Below are positions 21,006 through 30,549 of a DNA stretch of 64,000 nucleotides, one piece after another. Location: positions 216,207 through 280,206 of the forward strand of contig JAXLQX010000004.1 of assembly GCA_046331405.1 (NCBI GenBank), in the 5' to 3' direction. Position 1 is the stretch's first letter. Each line of letters opens with the position of its first letter. The notes beneath the pieces are model-generated. The model was not told the origin of the DNA and made no database searches. It was given only the letters and a program-made list of their open reading frames with translations. The DNA is from Thermoanaerobaculia bacterium (GTDB lineage Bacteria; Acidobacteriota; Thermoanaerobaculia; Multivoradales; SZUA-115). The position numbers and the translations under genes were made by a program.

Positions 21006-22340
21006 CTACGCTGCAAGCGCATGCTCCAGGGCCGCGAGGTTCGCAGGATCGAGGCCGCGGACGAGCTGGAGTTCCTCGAGCACACCGCCTGGGAAGTCCT
21101 CTTGCAACAGTTCCTTCCCCACAAGCAGCTGTAGGGCGAACGTAGCTTCTTGCCCCAAAGTTTCTAGAGACCTCGCCAGCAGGAGGATTGACTTTTCGAG
21201 AGCCTCCGGGTCCGGTTCCCTGGCGGGCCATCGCTCCACGGAGCTCCGCGCTGCAGCGATCAGGCCTTGGAGCTTGAGCTCGCCAGAGTGGAGGACATCC
21301 ACGAGGTCCGCTACGGTGTGCTTCAGGCTGGCTTCGGTGGAGTGGTCACTCGCAAAAGGGTTGCTGGAGCGAGTGGCTTCCAGAACCTGAGCGATCGTCT
21401 CGACCAGAGCTCGGGCTTCGCTGGGTACATGAACACGCACGGCTTGGCCATCGCAAAGCACTTCAAGGCACTCAACCGCAGCCTGACTCGGGAGCAGGGC
21501 AAAGGCGTAGTGCCAGAGGATAGCCTCGTCGTTGCCAGTCCAGAAGAAGAGCCGAGGCAAGCATTCCGTCGCCCAGGCTGGCCAGCTCTGGCGGTGCGCC
21601 ACCAAGAGCATCTCGAGATCGGGCTGGGCGACGTTGAATACCGCCTGGCAGGTGTTCGCAACGAGAGCGCGAAAGGACTCGCGGCGATCAGGTCGATCGC
21701 GGTAGCGGTCCGCTATGAGCCGAAGGCCGTAACCCAGGGCCTCGAGGTCTGGTTGCGCCGGGCGAGCACCTTCCACCAAGGTGTTCCGCAGCCCCCAGAG
21801 TCCTCGTTCTGGGTCTCCGGGAAGCCTGGCAGTACCGTCGTCGGCTACCATCGCCAGCCACTCGGACTCAAGGCGGCTGTCTAGCTGGTTCTCCATCAGA
21901 GCATCTCGGAGAACAGCTTGGAGCGGAATTCCCAGGTACTGGCCGGAAAGGCCTGCCAGCCGAGCGGGAGTCGAGTAGATCTCGAACAGCGGGCCCGCCA
22001 GGGCTTCGGGGCAGCGCAAACCCGCCGCCAGCATCAGTGCGTTGTAGAGCAGATCCTGTTGTCGATGAGCCAGGTCCCTAAGCTCAGGCTGGGCATGGAG
22101 CAGTCGAGCCAACCGCTTGGCCAGTTTCAGCTCGGTCTTCTGTCGCTGGCCATCCAGGGGAAGCGCTCGCAGAAGCCAGAGGTAGGGTTCGTCTCCGTCC
22201 CCCGACTGAACCGGCAGCCCGTAGCCTTCGAGCAAGTCGGCGAATTCCTCGAGCGACCAGTCTCTTCGGCGGAGGAACGCATCAAGCGCAGCGCGCACTC
22301 GCTGAACGCAGTCGGGAATTGCCGGTTCCTGTTCCTGCAT
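21006..22340 (-). CDS. hypothetical protein (444 aa), no recognisable domain; acidic and Leu-rich
   Basis: Clean minus-strand ORF with ATG preceded by GGGGAG; protein-like composition in the low-GC island; no P-loop, nuclease or other motifs recognised by eye. Confidence 0.55.
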   Translation of the reverse strand: MQEQEPAIPDCVQRVRAALDAFLRRRDWSLEEFADLLEGYGLPVQSGDGDEPYLWLLRALPLDGQRQKTELKLAKRLARLLHAQPELRDLAHRQQDLLYNALMLAAGLRCPEALAGPLFEIYSTPARLAGLSGQYLGIPLQAVLRDALMENQLDSRLESEWLAMVADDGTARLPGDPERGLWGLRNTLVEGARPAQPDLEALGYGLRLIADRYRDRPDRRESFRALVANTCQAVFNVAQPDLEMLLVAHRQSWPAWATECLPRLFFWTGNDEAILWHYAFALLPSQAAVECLEVLCDGQAVRVHVPSEARALVETIAQVLEATRSSNPFASDHSTEASLKHTVADLVDVLHSGELKLQGLIAAARSSVERWPAREPDPEALEKSILLLARSLETLGQEATFALQLLVGKELLQEDFPGGVLEELQLVRGLDPANLAALEHALAA

Positions 22341-22370
22341 GGTGACTCCCCGCCCGAGGCGTGGGGTGGC

Positions 22371-23465
22371 TCAGTATAACGTGCTGGGCATCCAGCGGTC
22401 GATGTGTGCGGGACCGTAGGTATCGGACAACCTCTTGTGGTGTGCCCTTCGTGCGGACAACAGGTCCCCGGAGACTCCTGTTCCGAGTCTCGCGATCGCC
22501 CAGCCGGCCCGCCTCCAGTCGGAGATCCTGTAGTCGATCTCGGTATGAAGCCACTCTGGGAGGAGAGGCTCCCGGCGCGAGAAAGAACGCAGGGCCATAG
22601 GATGGCCGCCGTCTCGGGCTTCCAGATGGTCGGGCGAAGGGAAGTGGAGGTAGTTCCAGGTTCCCGCATCGAGCAACGTCGGTCGCGCGAGGGTGCCCAC
22701 TCTGCCCGCTTCGTAGCAAAGCATGACCAGCCAGCGACCGGGAGCCTTCTCCATGCCGAGAACCTCGGCCCAGACCTCTGGAGGCTGGCTCAGGTACGGC
22801 TCAAACTGAATCCAGGAGGTCACCCAGGCCGGTTGAAATGGATGCTTTGCGCGGAAGCGAGCCATAAGGGCAAAGAGGGCTCTGAGGAATCGGCTCTGTT
22901 CATCGCGGCTCTTGCCGAGGAGGTAGGAATCCAGCCAGGATTCAAGGCTCCTGGCGCCGGTCAAGCTTGGCCTCATGAGCTTCAGCCGTCGGTACAGAGC
23001 GTTGCGGGGAGCTTCTCCCGCCCATTTGAGTACGGGCGCGAGCCCATTCAGATCGAGTAACCGGGCCAGGAGAAGCTTCTTGCTCACTCTGCCCCGCGCT
23101 GCAAAGCCTCCCAGAACAATGTTGCCGCCGGGCCCGCCGTTAAGGGGCTCGAGAGCAAAGTCAGGGTCATACCTCCTGCGCACTCGGCTCTCGAAGTTCT
23201 CTTTCAGCGCATGTCGGAGTTCCCTCGGAGTCCGCGGTTGTTCGCTGGCAAAGCGGAGCAGGCCAGACCGAGCCGGGCTCACCCGATGGTCGTAGCGGAT
23301 GCTCTCGGCCACGGCCTTGTCCTGATCGTTGCCTCGCGCTGACAACTCGGTGAGCGGGACATCCAACACCCGGCCAGTAGCGTTGTCCAGGCGACCCCAG
23401 ACCGGCAGTTTCGACAGGTCCGTCCCCATGAGCCTAGAGATACGAATGAGATTGTAACTTCGCAT
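22371..23465 (-). CDS. hypothetical protein (364 aa), no recognisable domain; first gene of a two-gene minus-strand operon
   Basis: Start set at MRSYNLIRISRLMGTDL (ATG 23465) because the upstream ORF-track extension (to 23591) has noncoding-like composition. Ends 30 nt before the next gene. An AT-rich promoter-like region lies at 23466-23523. Confidence 0.5.
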   Translation of the reverse strand: MRSYNLIRISRLMGTDLSKLPVWGRLDNATGRVLDVPLTELSARGNDQDKAVAESIRYDHRVSPARSGLLRFASEQPRTPRELRHALKENFESRVRRRYDPDFALEPLNGGPGGNIVLGGFAARGRVSKKLLLARLLDLNGLAPVLKWAGEAPRNALYRRLKLMRPSLTGARSLESWLDSYLLGKSRDEQSRFLRALFALMARFRAKHPFQPAWVTSWIQFEPYLSQPPEVWAEVLGMEKAPGRWLVMLCYEAGRVGTLARPTLLDAGTWNYLHFPSPDHLEARDGGHPMALRSFSRREPLLPEWLHTEIDYRISDWRRAGWAIARLGTGVSGDLLSARRAHHKRLSDTYGPAHIDRWMPSTLY

Positions 23466-23523
23466 AGAACGCCGTGCAATAGGGCCAAAGCAATGTACTC
23501 CATTTGCATGACAACATGACCCC

Positions 23524-24099
23524 ATGCCCCTCTTCCACACCTCCCGCGAGCGCTGGCTTTGGCTCGCGGCCCTGGGGTACACGCTTCTCATCTACAGCAC
23601 CCTGGTAGTGGCCAAGCAGGCCACGATCTTTCTGCGCGAGCGCAATCTGCTGCGGCTCACGGTGGGGCTGGCGTTCGGGGTGGTGGCCGTGGTGGCGGTG
23701 GTGCTGCTCGCCCGGCTGCGCCTTCCGGGGCGAGCGTGGCTCGCGCTTCTCGGCATCGCTCTGGGCTATGCCGCGGTGTTCCCGTTCGCGGTGGCTCCCG
23801 AGGAGCGGCTGCATTTGATCGAGTACGGTGGGCTCGCTCTGTTGATCTTCGGGGCGCTCTCGGAGCGTTCTCGGGCGCGGGTCGGCGCCGGCGGCCGGCC
23901 CTGGCCGCTCAGGCTCCGCGCCCTGGTGGCGCTGCTCTTGACCTCGCTCTTGGGCTTCGGGGACGAGCTGATCCAGGGCTTGCTGCCATCGCGGGTCTAC
24001 GACCTGCGCGACGTGGCCTTCAACGCTGCGGCAGCGGCTCTCGCCCTGGCGGCTGCGGGCCTACTCGAGTGGAGCCGGGGAGTTTCTGGAGTGCGCTGA
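23524..24099 (+). CDS. VanZ-like family membrane protein
   Basis: 4 TM helices plus VanZ motifs ERLHLIEYGGLALL and GFGDELIQGLLPSRVYDLRDVAFNAAAAALA. Confidence 0.6.
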   Translation: MPLFHTSRERWLWLAALGYTLLIYSTLVVAKQATIFLRERNLLRLTVGLAFGVVAVVAVVLLARLRLPGRAWLALLGIALGYAAVFPFAVAPEERLHLIEYGGLALLIFGALSERSRARVGAGGRPWPLRLRALVALLLTSLLGFGDELIQGLLPSRVYDLRDVAFNAAAAALALAAAGLLEWSRGVSGVR

Positions 24100-24102
24100 G
24101 GT

Positions 24103-24937
24103 TCAGGCCGCCTGGCGGATCGAGCTGAGGATGGCCGACTGAGTCTGCTCGGTCTCGAAGCGCAGCAGGGCGAGAAACGGCTCTTCGAAAACCACCGCCC
24201 AGCCCTGGCCCTCGCTCGCCACCAGGGCGGAACGACAATCGCCCCCTACCGGCGCCCCTTCTGCCCCTTTCGCGAGCAGGCGCCGAGCCTGGTCGGCCAG
24301 AGCCTGGGCCTCGAGGAGGGCGAGCTTCTTCTGGCCGTGGGCCGCCACCGGCAGCAGCTCACCCTCCAGCTCGAGAAAGCAGAAGCGAACCGGAACCGCG
24401 CCCGAGAGCTCCTCGAACCAGTCCGGCAGGGGGCCGAGGTCCACCACCAGCTCCGGGCAAGCGGCCTGCGCTTCCGCGATCAGCTCGAGAGCCAGGAAGG
24501 CGTGACGGGCGTTGATCCGGCCACCAGCCAGGGGGCTCGGGCGCGAGAGCCTGCCCCGGCCCTCGGCGATCGCCCGGGCGAGGGAGCCCAGGGATTCGGC
24601 CACGTGGCGCCTCAGGGCGGCTTCGAGCTCGGCCTCGTCGATGCCACCGGCGCCGCGCAGCCCTTCGAGAGTGGGGTAGCCCTGGGCCAGGCTGTGCCGA
24701 CAGAGCTCGCCGAGTCGATGCGGAGAGAGACCGCCCAGCTCGGCCAGCTTCGCCCCCAGCTGGTGGCTGCCTCGGGAGTTGGCCCAGCAGATCCGCTGGT
24801 CCTCCACCAAGATCTCGCCGAGCACGGAGTTGCCCGGATCGGCCAGCGCCTGGAAGGCCACCGCCTGGTGCGGCGCGCAGCGCTCGGTGGCCGCCACCAC
24901 CTCGCAGAGGCTACGCAGAAGCCTCACGCCGGCCACC
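24103..24937 (-). CDS. hypothetical protein (~278 aa); either a separate gene translationally coupled to the upstream 145-aa gene or the frameshifted continuation of it
   Basis: Protein-like frame begins at GTG 24937, 27 nt inside the upstream gene. The track ORF 24103..25266 has a noncoding-like N-terminal extension in this frame. Confidence 0.4.
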
Positions 24938-25348
24938 TTCCAGCTGCCCCAGCTGAGCCGGAGCGAGCTCGAGCACCGCCTCGAAGGCAAAGCGGGCGCA
25001 GTAGAGGAAGGTATCGGAGTCGATCTGAGGGGTGGCCACGCTGAGCAGCCCGAGCTTGCCGTCTCCGACGGCCAGCATCTGCCACTCGCCGCCGAGGAGC
25101 ACCATGTCCCAGATCTTCTGGCTCTGAGCCTCGGGCTCTCCCGTGAGCTCCGAGAACAGCAGGTCCAGGCCCCGCGCGGCCGGCAGGGTGTCTCGCAGCC
25201 TGCGCGCGTGGTTGCGCAGGGGCGAGAACCAATCGACTCGCGTGGCGGTGGAAACCAGATGCTCACCGGTCTCGAGATCCAGGAGGCTCACCGCACGGCA
25301 GAACGGGCTCACGCTCATCAGGTCTTCCAACAAGGGTGCAAGTGCCAT
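24911..25348 (-). CDS. hypothetical small protein (145 aa), loosely roadblock/LC7 (MglB)-like
   Basis: MALAPLLEDLMSVSPFCRAVSLLDLETGEHLVSTATRVDW...; alpha/beta pattern and length resemble roadblock/LC7 by eye only. Confidence 0.4.
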   Translation of the reverse strand: MALAPLLEDLMSVSPFCRAVSLLDLETGEHLVSTATRVDWFSPLRNHARRLRDTLPAARGLDLLFSELTGEPEAQSQKIWDMVLLGGEWQMLAVGDGKLGLLSVATPQIDSDTFLYCARFAFEAVLELAPAQLGQLEGGRREASA

Positions 25349-25559
25349 GTCGCCTCCTAGTGCCAGTCACTTCAAGAAAAAGAAATCATATAACATTGAT
25401 ATTGATGCACAGCTCATTGCTGTCTGAAGGGTAGCACGAAACGATCGCTGTTGGAACGTGGTTTTGGGGAAGCGATCACGAAAAGGGGAATGGCTCCGTC
25501 GCAGACTCATTGGGAGAGCTAAGGATGCTTGGCAAGGCCGAGTCGACGGCGAAGAATCG

Positions 25560-27215
<1,656 letters not shown>

Positions 27216-27281
27216 AGAAAGAGCCGCCCGGATGCTACGCTGTCCCGAACCCCGGAACAAGGGAGATGGGAGGAGCCCCTG

Positions 27282-27869
27282 ATGAGCGTTCTCTCTCTAT
27301 GTCGCAGCTGGCTCGATCTCCTCGAGCGGCGCACGTTGGCCCGCTGGCTCCTGCTGGGGGTCCTGTACTTGTTGATGACCGCCCTGGGCCGGCAGAGTGT
27401 GGGGCTTCCTGGAGTGCGCTGCGAGGACCCGGGTGCGTTTCTCTCTCGCCGCTACCAGACGCCCATTCTGGCCTTCGAGCTGGTGAGCACTTCGGCCTGT
27501 GCGGAGAAGTTCCACGCCGCCTGGAGCCCTCTCGAGCCGCAGGGGCGCAACCAGGTGCTGCTGGATTTTCCGTACATCCTGGCCTATTCGTCCCTGCTCT
27601 GGCTGTGCTGCCGGGGAGCTTCGCGGGGGCTGGGCCGTGCGGGCCATGCTCGGCTCGCCCGCTTCGGCGAGTTGCTCGCTCGGGGGCAGCTTCTGGCCGG
27701 GGGTTGCGACGTGGTGGAGAACCTCGGCCTGCTCGCTATTCTCGCCGGGGCGACGGCCCAGCCGGTGCCGCTTCTCACCACGGCCTTCTCCCTCGCCAAG
27801 TGGCTGCTGGTGCTGGCCGGCATCCTCTACTCGCTGGGCGGGGCCTACGAGTCCACCCAGAAGAGCTAG
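27282..27869 (+). CDS. hypothetical membrane protein (195 aa)
   Basis: ATG 27282 preceded by GGGAGG; several hydrophobic helices (WLLLGVLYLLMTAL, ILAYSSLLWLCC, KWLLVLAGILYSLGGAY). The track start 27162 would overlap the riboswitch on the other strand. Confidence 0.5.
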   Translation: MSVLSLCRSWLDLLERRTLARWLLLGVLYLLMTALGRQSVGLPGVRCEDPGAFLSRRYQTPILAFELVSTSACAEKFHAAWSPLEPQGRNQVLLDFPYILAYSSLLWLCCRGASRGLGRAGHARLARFGELLARGQLLAGGCDVVENLGLLAILAGATAQPVPLLTTAFSLAKWLLVLAGILYSLGGAYESTQKS

Positions 27870-27939
27870 GCCGCCGGGCTGTTAACGCCTCTCGAAGCCT
27901 CTCCGTTCTGGCAACGGACGACGTACGAAGGAGATCGAG

Positions 27940-28473
27940 ATGGCGGTGAACCTGGAAGAACTGGCGCTGATCGTAGGAATTTTCTTGCTGAGCTCGCTCG
28001 GCGTTCTGGTGTGGCGAAGAGCGCTGCGGGTGCGGGCTCAGCTGCAGATGCGGCGGCTGGAAGTGCTGGAGAAGGTGGTGGAGAGGCTGGGCACGGCCGA
28101 GGAGTTCGTGGCCCTCGCGCGCACCGAAGAGGGCAAGGAGCTGCTGGCCTCCGGCTCGCCGGCTTGGGACCTGCGCGGGCGGCTGGTGGCTCTGCTCGCT
28201 CTGGGCGTGGTGCTGCTCGCGGTGGGCGTGGGGCTGCACCTGAACGCAGCGAGCCTCGCCACCGCCCGGCTGCCGGCGGAAGTAACCACTCCGGCCCTGG
28301 TGGAGGCCATGGCCCAGAATCTGGCCGCCCACCGCGAAGACGCCTCCTGGTGGGGCAATGTCACGATGGCAGTGGGCGTGGGCTTGACGGGCCTTGCCGG
28401 GCTGCTGCTGATGCTCGGTGAACGCTGGGGGCTCCTGTCCGGCACGGCGTCCCACGCTCGCTCGGCCGAGTAG
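27940..28473 (+). CDS. hypothetical membrane protein (177 aa, about 4 TM)
   Basis: Clean ORF with hydrophobic helices (LALIVGIFLLSSLGVLVW, LVALLALGVVLLAVGVGL, MAVGVGLTGLAGLLLML); upstream of an ECF sigma factor gene. Confidence 0.45.
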   Translation: MAVNLEELALIVGIFLLSSLGVLVWRRALRVRAQLQMRRLEVLEKVVERLGTAEEFVALARTEEGKELLASGSPAWDLRGRLVALLALGVVLLAVGVGLHLNAASLATARLPAEVTTPALVEAMAQNLAAHREDASWWGNVTMAVGVGLTGLAGLLLMLGERWGLLSGTASHARSAE

Positions 28474-28477
28474 GGCG

Positions 28478-28990
28478 ATGCCGGAAGCGAACGACCTCGA
28501 GGCCTTCTACCAGGCCTACTACGCTTCGCTCTGGGCCTTCCTCGCGCGCGCGAGCGGCGACCCGGCGCTGGCCGAGGACCTTGCCCAGGAGGCGTTCCTG
28601 CGCCTCCTGGGCAGCCGTGCCGAGCACTGGCCCTGGGCCACTCGGAGGCCGTACCTCTACCGCATCGGCCTCAACCTGCTGCGAGACCGCCAGCGCCGGG
28701 ACTGGCGCGAGGCCCCGCTCGAAGCCGTGGCCGAGCCGGCCGCTCCGGCGCCGGGGCTCTCGCTTCTCGGACGCGGCCTGGCGAGCGCCCTCGGCCGGCT
28801 GCCCGAGCGGCAGCGTTCGGCGCTGTGGCTGGCGCATGTCGAAGAGATGGATCACCAGGCGATCGCCACGGTCCTGGGTCTTAACCCCTTGAGTGTCCGG
28901 GTGGTGCTCCACCGAGCTCGCAAGCGCCTGCGCGTGGAGCTCGGGGGAGCCCCGGAAGAGGAGCCGCACCATGAGCAAGCCCGAGCCTGA
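28478..28990 (+). CDS. RNA polymerase sigma-70 factor, ECF subfamily
   Basis: Region 2 (LAEDLAQEAFLRLL...YLYRIGLNLLRDRQRR) and region 4 HTH (LPERQRSALWLAHVEEMDHQAIATVLGLNPLSVRVVLHRARKRLR). Start at MPEANDLEAF (ATG 28478). Confidence 0.8.
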   Translation: MPEANDLEAFYQAYYASLWAFLARASGDPALAEDLAQEAFLRLLGSRAEHWPWATRRPYLYRIGLNLLRDRQRRDWREAPLEAVAEPAAPAPGLSLLGRGLASALGRLPERQRSALWLAHVEEMDHQAIATVLGLNPLSVRVVLHRARKRLRVELGGAPEEEPHHEQARA

Positions 28991-29312
28991 CCCGATCGCC
29001 GCCGCCCTGGCCGAGCTGGGCCGGGTCACCCGCCAGGCCGCCCCCTCCCCGCCGCCCTTCCGGCAGCTCCTGGCCCGCGCTCGGCAGCACCGCGAGGCCG
29101 AACGGGAGCGCCGCCTGCGGTGGGCCACGGCGGCCGGAACGGCATCGCCGGCGCTCGCTCTCGCCCTCGGCTTGTTGTGGCGCGCGCCCCAGAGCCTGGC
29201 TGGCTTCGCCCTCTGCGCTCTGCTCGCGGCGCCGCTGGCCCTTTCGCTCGGCGTGGCGGTGGCGGAGGCGGTGGACCTGCGTGGCGAGGCTAGCCGCCGA
29301 GCGCCTGGCTGA
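28971..29312 (+). CDS. putative anti-sigma factor (single TM)
   Basis: ATG at 28971, 20 nt before the ECF sigma stop (overlapping ORFs); 113 aa with central TM/hydrophobic segment (ASPALALALGLLW...FALCALLAAPLALSLGVAVA). Confidence 0.45.
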   Translation: MSKPEPDPIAAALAELGRVTRQAAPSPPPFRQLLARARQHREAERERRLRWATAAGTASPALALALGLLWRAPQSLAGFALCALLAAPLALSLGVAVAEAVDLRGEASRRAPG

Positions 29313-30411
29313 GGTCCTCGATCAAGTCGTCCGCGTGCTCGAGGCCTACCGAGAGGCGGAGCAAGCCTTCGGGGGCCCCTGAGCCGGGTGCCTCCACGGA
29401 CTGGCGGTGCTCGATCAGGCTCTCCACGCCGCCCAGGCTGGTGGCGTTGACGAACAGCTTCACCTTCGAAGCCACGGCCAGCGCCGCCTCTCTCCCGCCC
29501 CGGATGTTCAAGGAAAGCATGCCGCCGAAAGCCTTCATCTGCCGGCGGGCGATCTCGTGCCCCGGGTGGGAGGCGAGGCCCGGGTAGTACACGGCTTCCA
29601 CCCGAGGGTGGCCCTCGAGAGCCTGGGCGATCCGGAGCGCCGCAGCCGAGTGGTGGGCCACACGGCAAGCGAGCGAGCGCAGGCCCCGCAGCACCAGCCA
29701 GCTCGAGAACGGCGAGGCCGTGGAGCCCAGCACCTTGCGCACCCGCCAGATCTCCTCCACGCGTTCGCCGCCGTGCTTGAAGACCAGCGCTCCGCCCAGC
29801 ACGTCGCTGTGCCCGCCGAGGTACTTGGTAGTCGAGTGGAACGCCACATCGGCCCCCAGCTCGAGGGGGTTCTGCAGCGCCGGCGAGGCGAAGGTGGAAT
29901 CCACCACCAGCTCGGCTCCGGCCTGCCGAGCGAGGCCCGCGAGGGCCGCGATGTCGGCGATCTTGATCAGCGGGTTCGAGGGTGTCTCGATCCAGATCGA
30001 GCGCGTGTTGGGCCGCAGCGCGGCCTCCACCGCCGCGAGGTCCCCGGTGTCCACCAGGGTGGTTTCGACTCCCCAGCGGGGCAAGAACTCCCGCGCCATG
30101 GTGCGGAAGTCCCAATAGCTGTTCTCCTGGAGCAGGATGTGCGAGCCAGCCGGCAGGGTCTGCCAGTAGGCCGCGCCGGCAGAGAGGCCAGAGGCGAACA
30201 CCAACGCCCGCTCGCCTCCCTCCACGGCGGCGAGGGCGGTTTCCAGGCGGTCCTGTGTGGGGTTGCCGTAGCGGGCGTAGACGAAACCGTGGGGAGACTC
30301 CCCGGCCGGGCCGTGCTCGAACGTGGTGGAAAGGTGGATGGGCGGGGCGACGGCGCCGGTCTCGGCGTCGACCTCGGCTCCGGCGTGGACGGCGATGGTC
30401 TCGAAGCGCAT
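29290..30411 (-). CDS. PLP-dependent Cys/Met metabolism enzyme (cystathionine gamma-synthase / beta-lyase family)
   Basis: MRFETIAVHAG...; PLP-Lys motif STTKYLGGHSDVLGGALV; C-terminal LLRLSVGLE characteristic of the MetB/MetC/MetY family. Confidence 0.85.
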   Translation of the reverse strand: MRFETIAVHAGAEVDAETGAVAPPIHLSTTFEHGPAGESPHGFVYARYGNPTQDRLETALAAVEGGERALVFASGLSAGAAYWQTLPAGSHILLQENSYWDFRTMAREFLPRWGVETTLVDTGDLAAVEAALRPNTRSIWIETPSNPLIKIADIAALAGLARQAGAELVVDSTFASPALQNPLELGADVAFHSTTKYLGGHSDVLGGALVFKHGGERVEEIWRVRKVLGSTASPFSSWLVLRGLRSLACRVAHHSAAALRIAQALEGHPRVEAVYYPGLASHPGHEIARRQMKAFGGMLSLNIRGGREAALAVASKVKLFVNATSLGGVESLIEHRQSVEAPGSGAPEGLLRLSVGLEHADDLIEDLSQALGG

Positions 30412-30549
30412 GGGGCGGATCTCCAGCAGAGAGAGCCGGAGTCTATCCTGTCGCCCCGGCCCGGCGGCTCGGCGCTGCTAAGATCCGCGCTCAGGACACC
30501 GCCTGATCTTCGAGGCCCAGAGCGGAACTGCACCAGCTGGAGGAGCACC

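Larger units (their letters stand above)
17950..23520. other. low-GC compositional island (~53-60% GC versus ~70-80% in flanks) inserted between ftsZ and a VanZ-like gene; carries a two-component system plus two unknown proteins
   Basis: Hand GC counts of 60-nt samples: 19201-19260 = 53%, 22801-22860 = 60%, against 82% at 8041-8100. AT-rich codons visible throughout 18.0-23.5 kb. No integrase, tRNA or flanking repeats found. Confidence 0.55.

Noticed and set aside
21267-21884. 205-aa plus-strand ORF inside the 444-aa hypothetical gene (antisense)
   Set aside because: Fully embedded antisense to a longer, better-formed ORF; no RBS or motifs.
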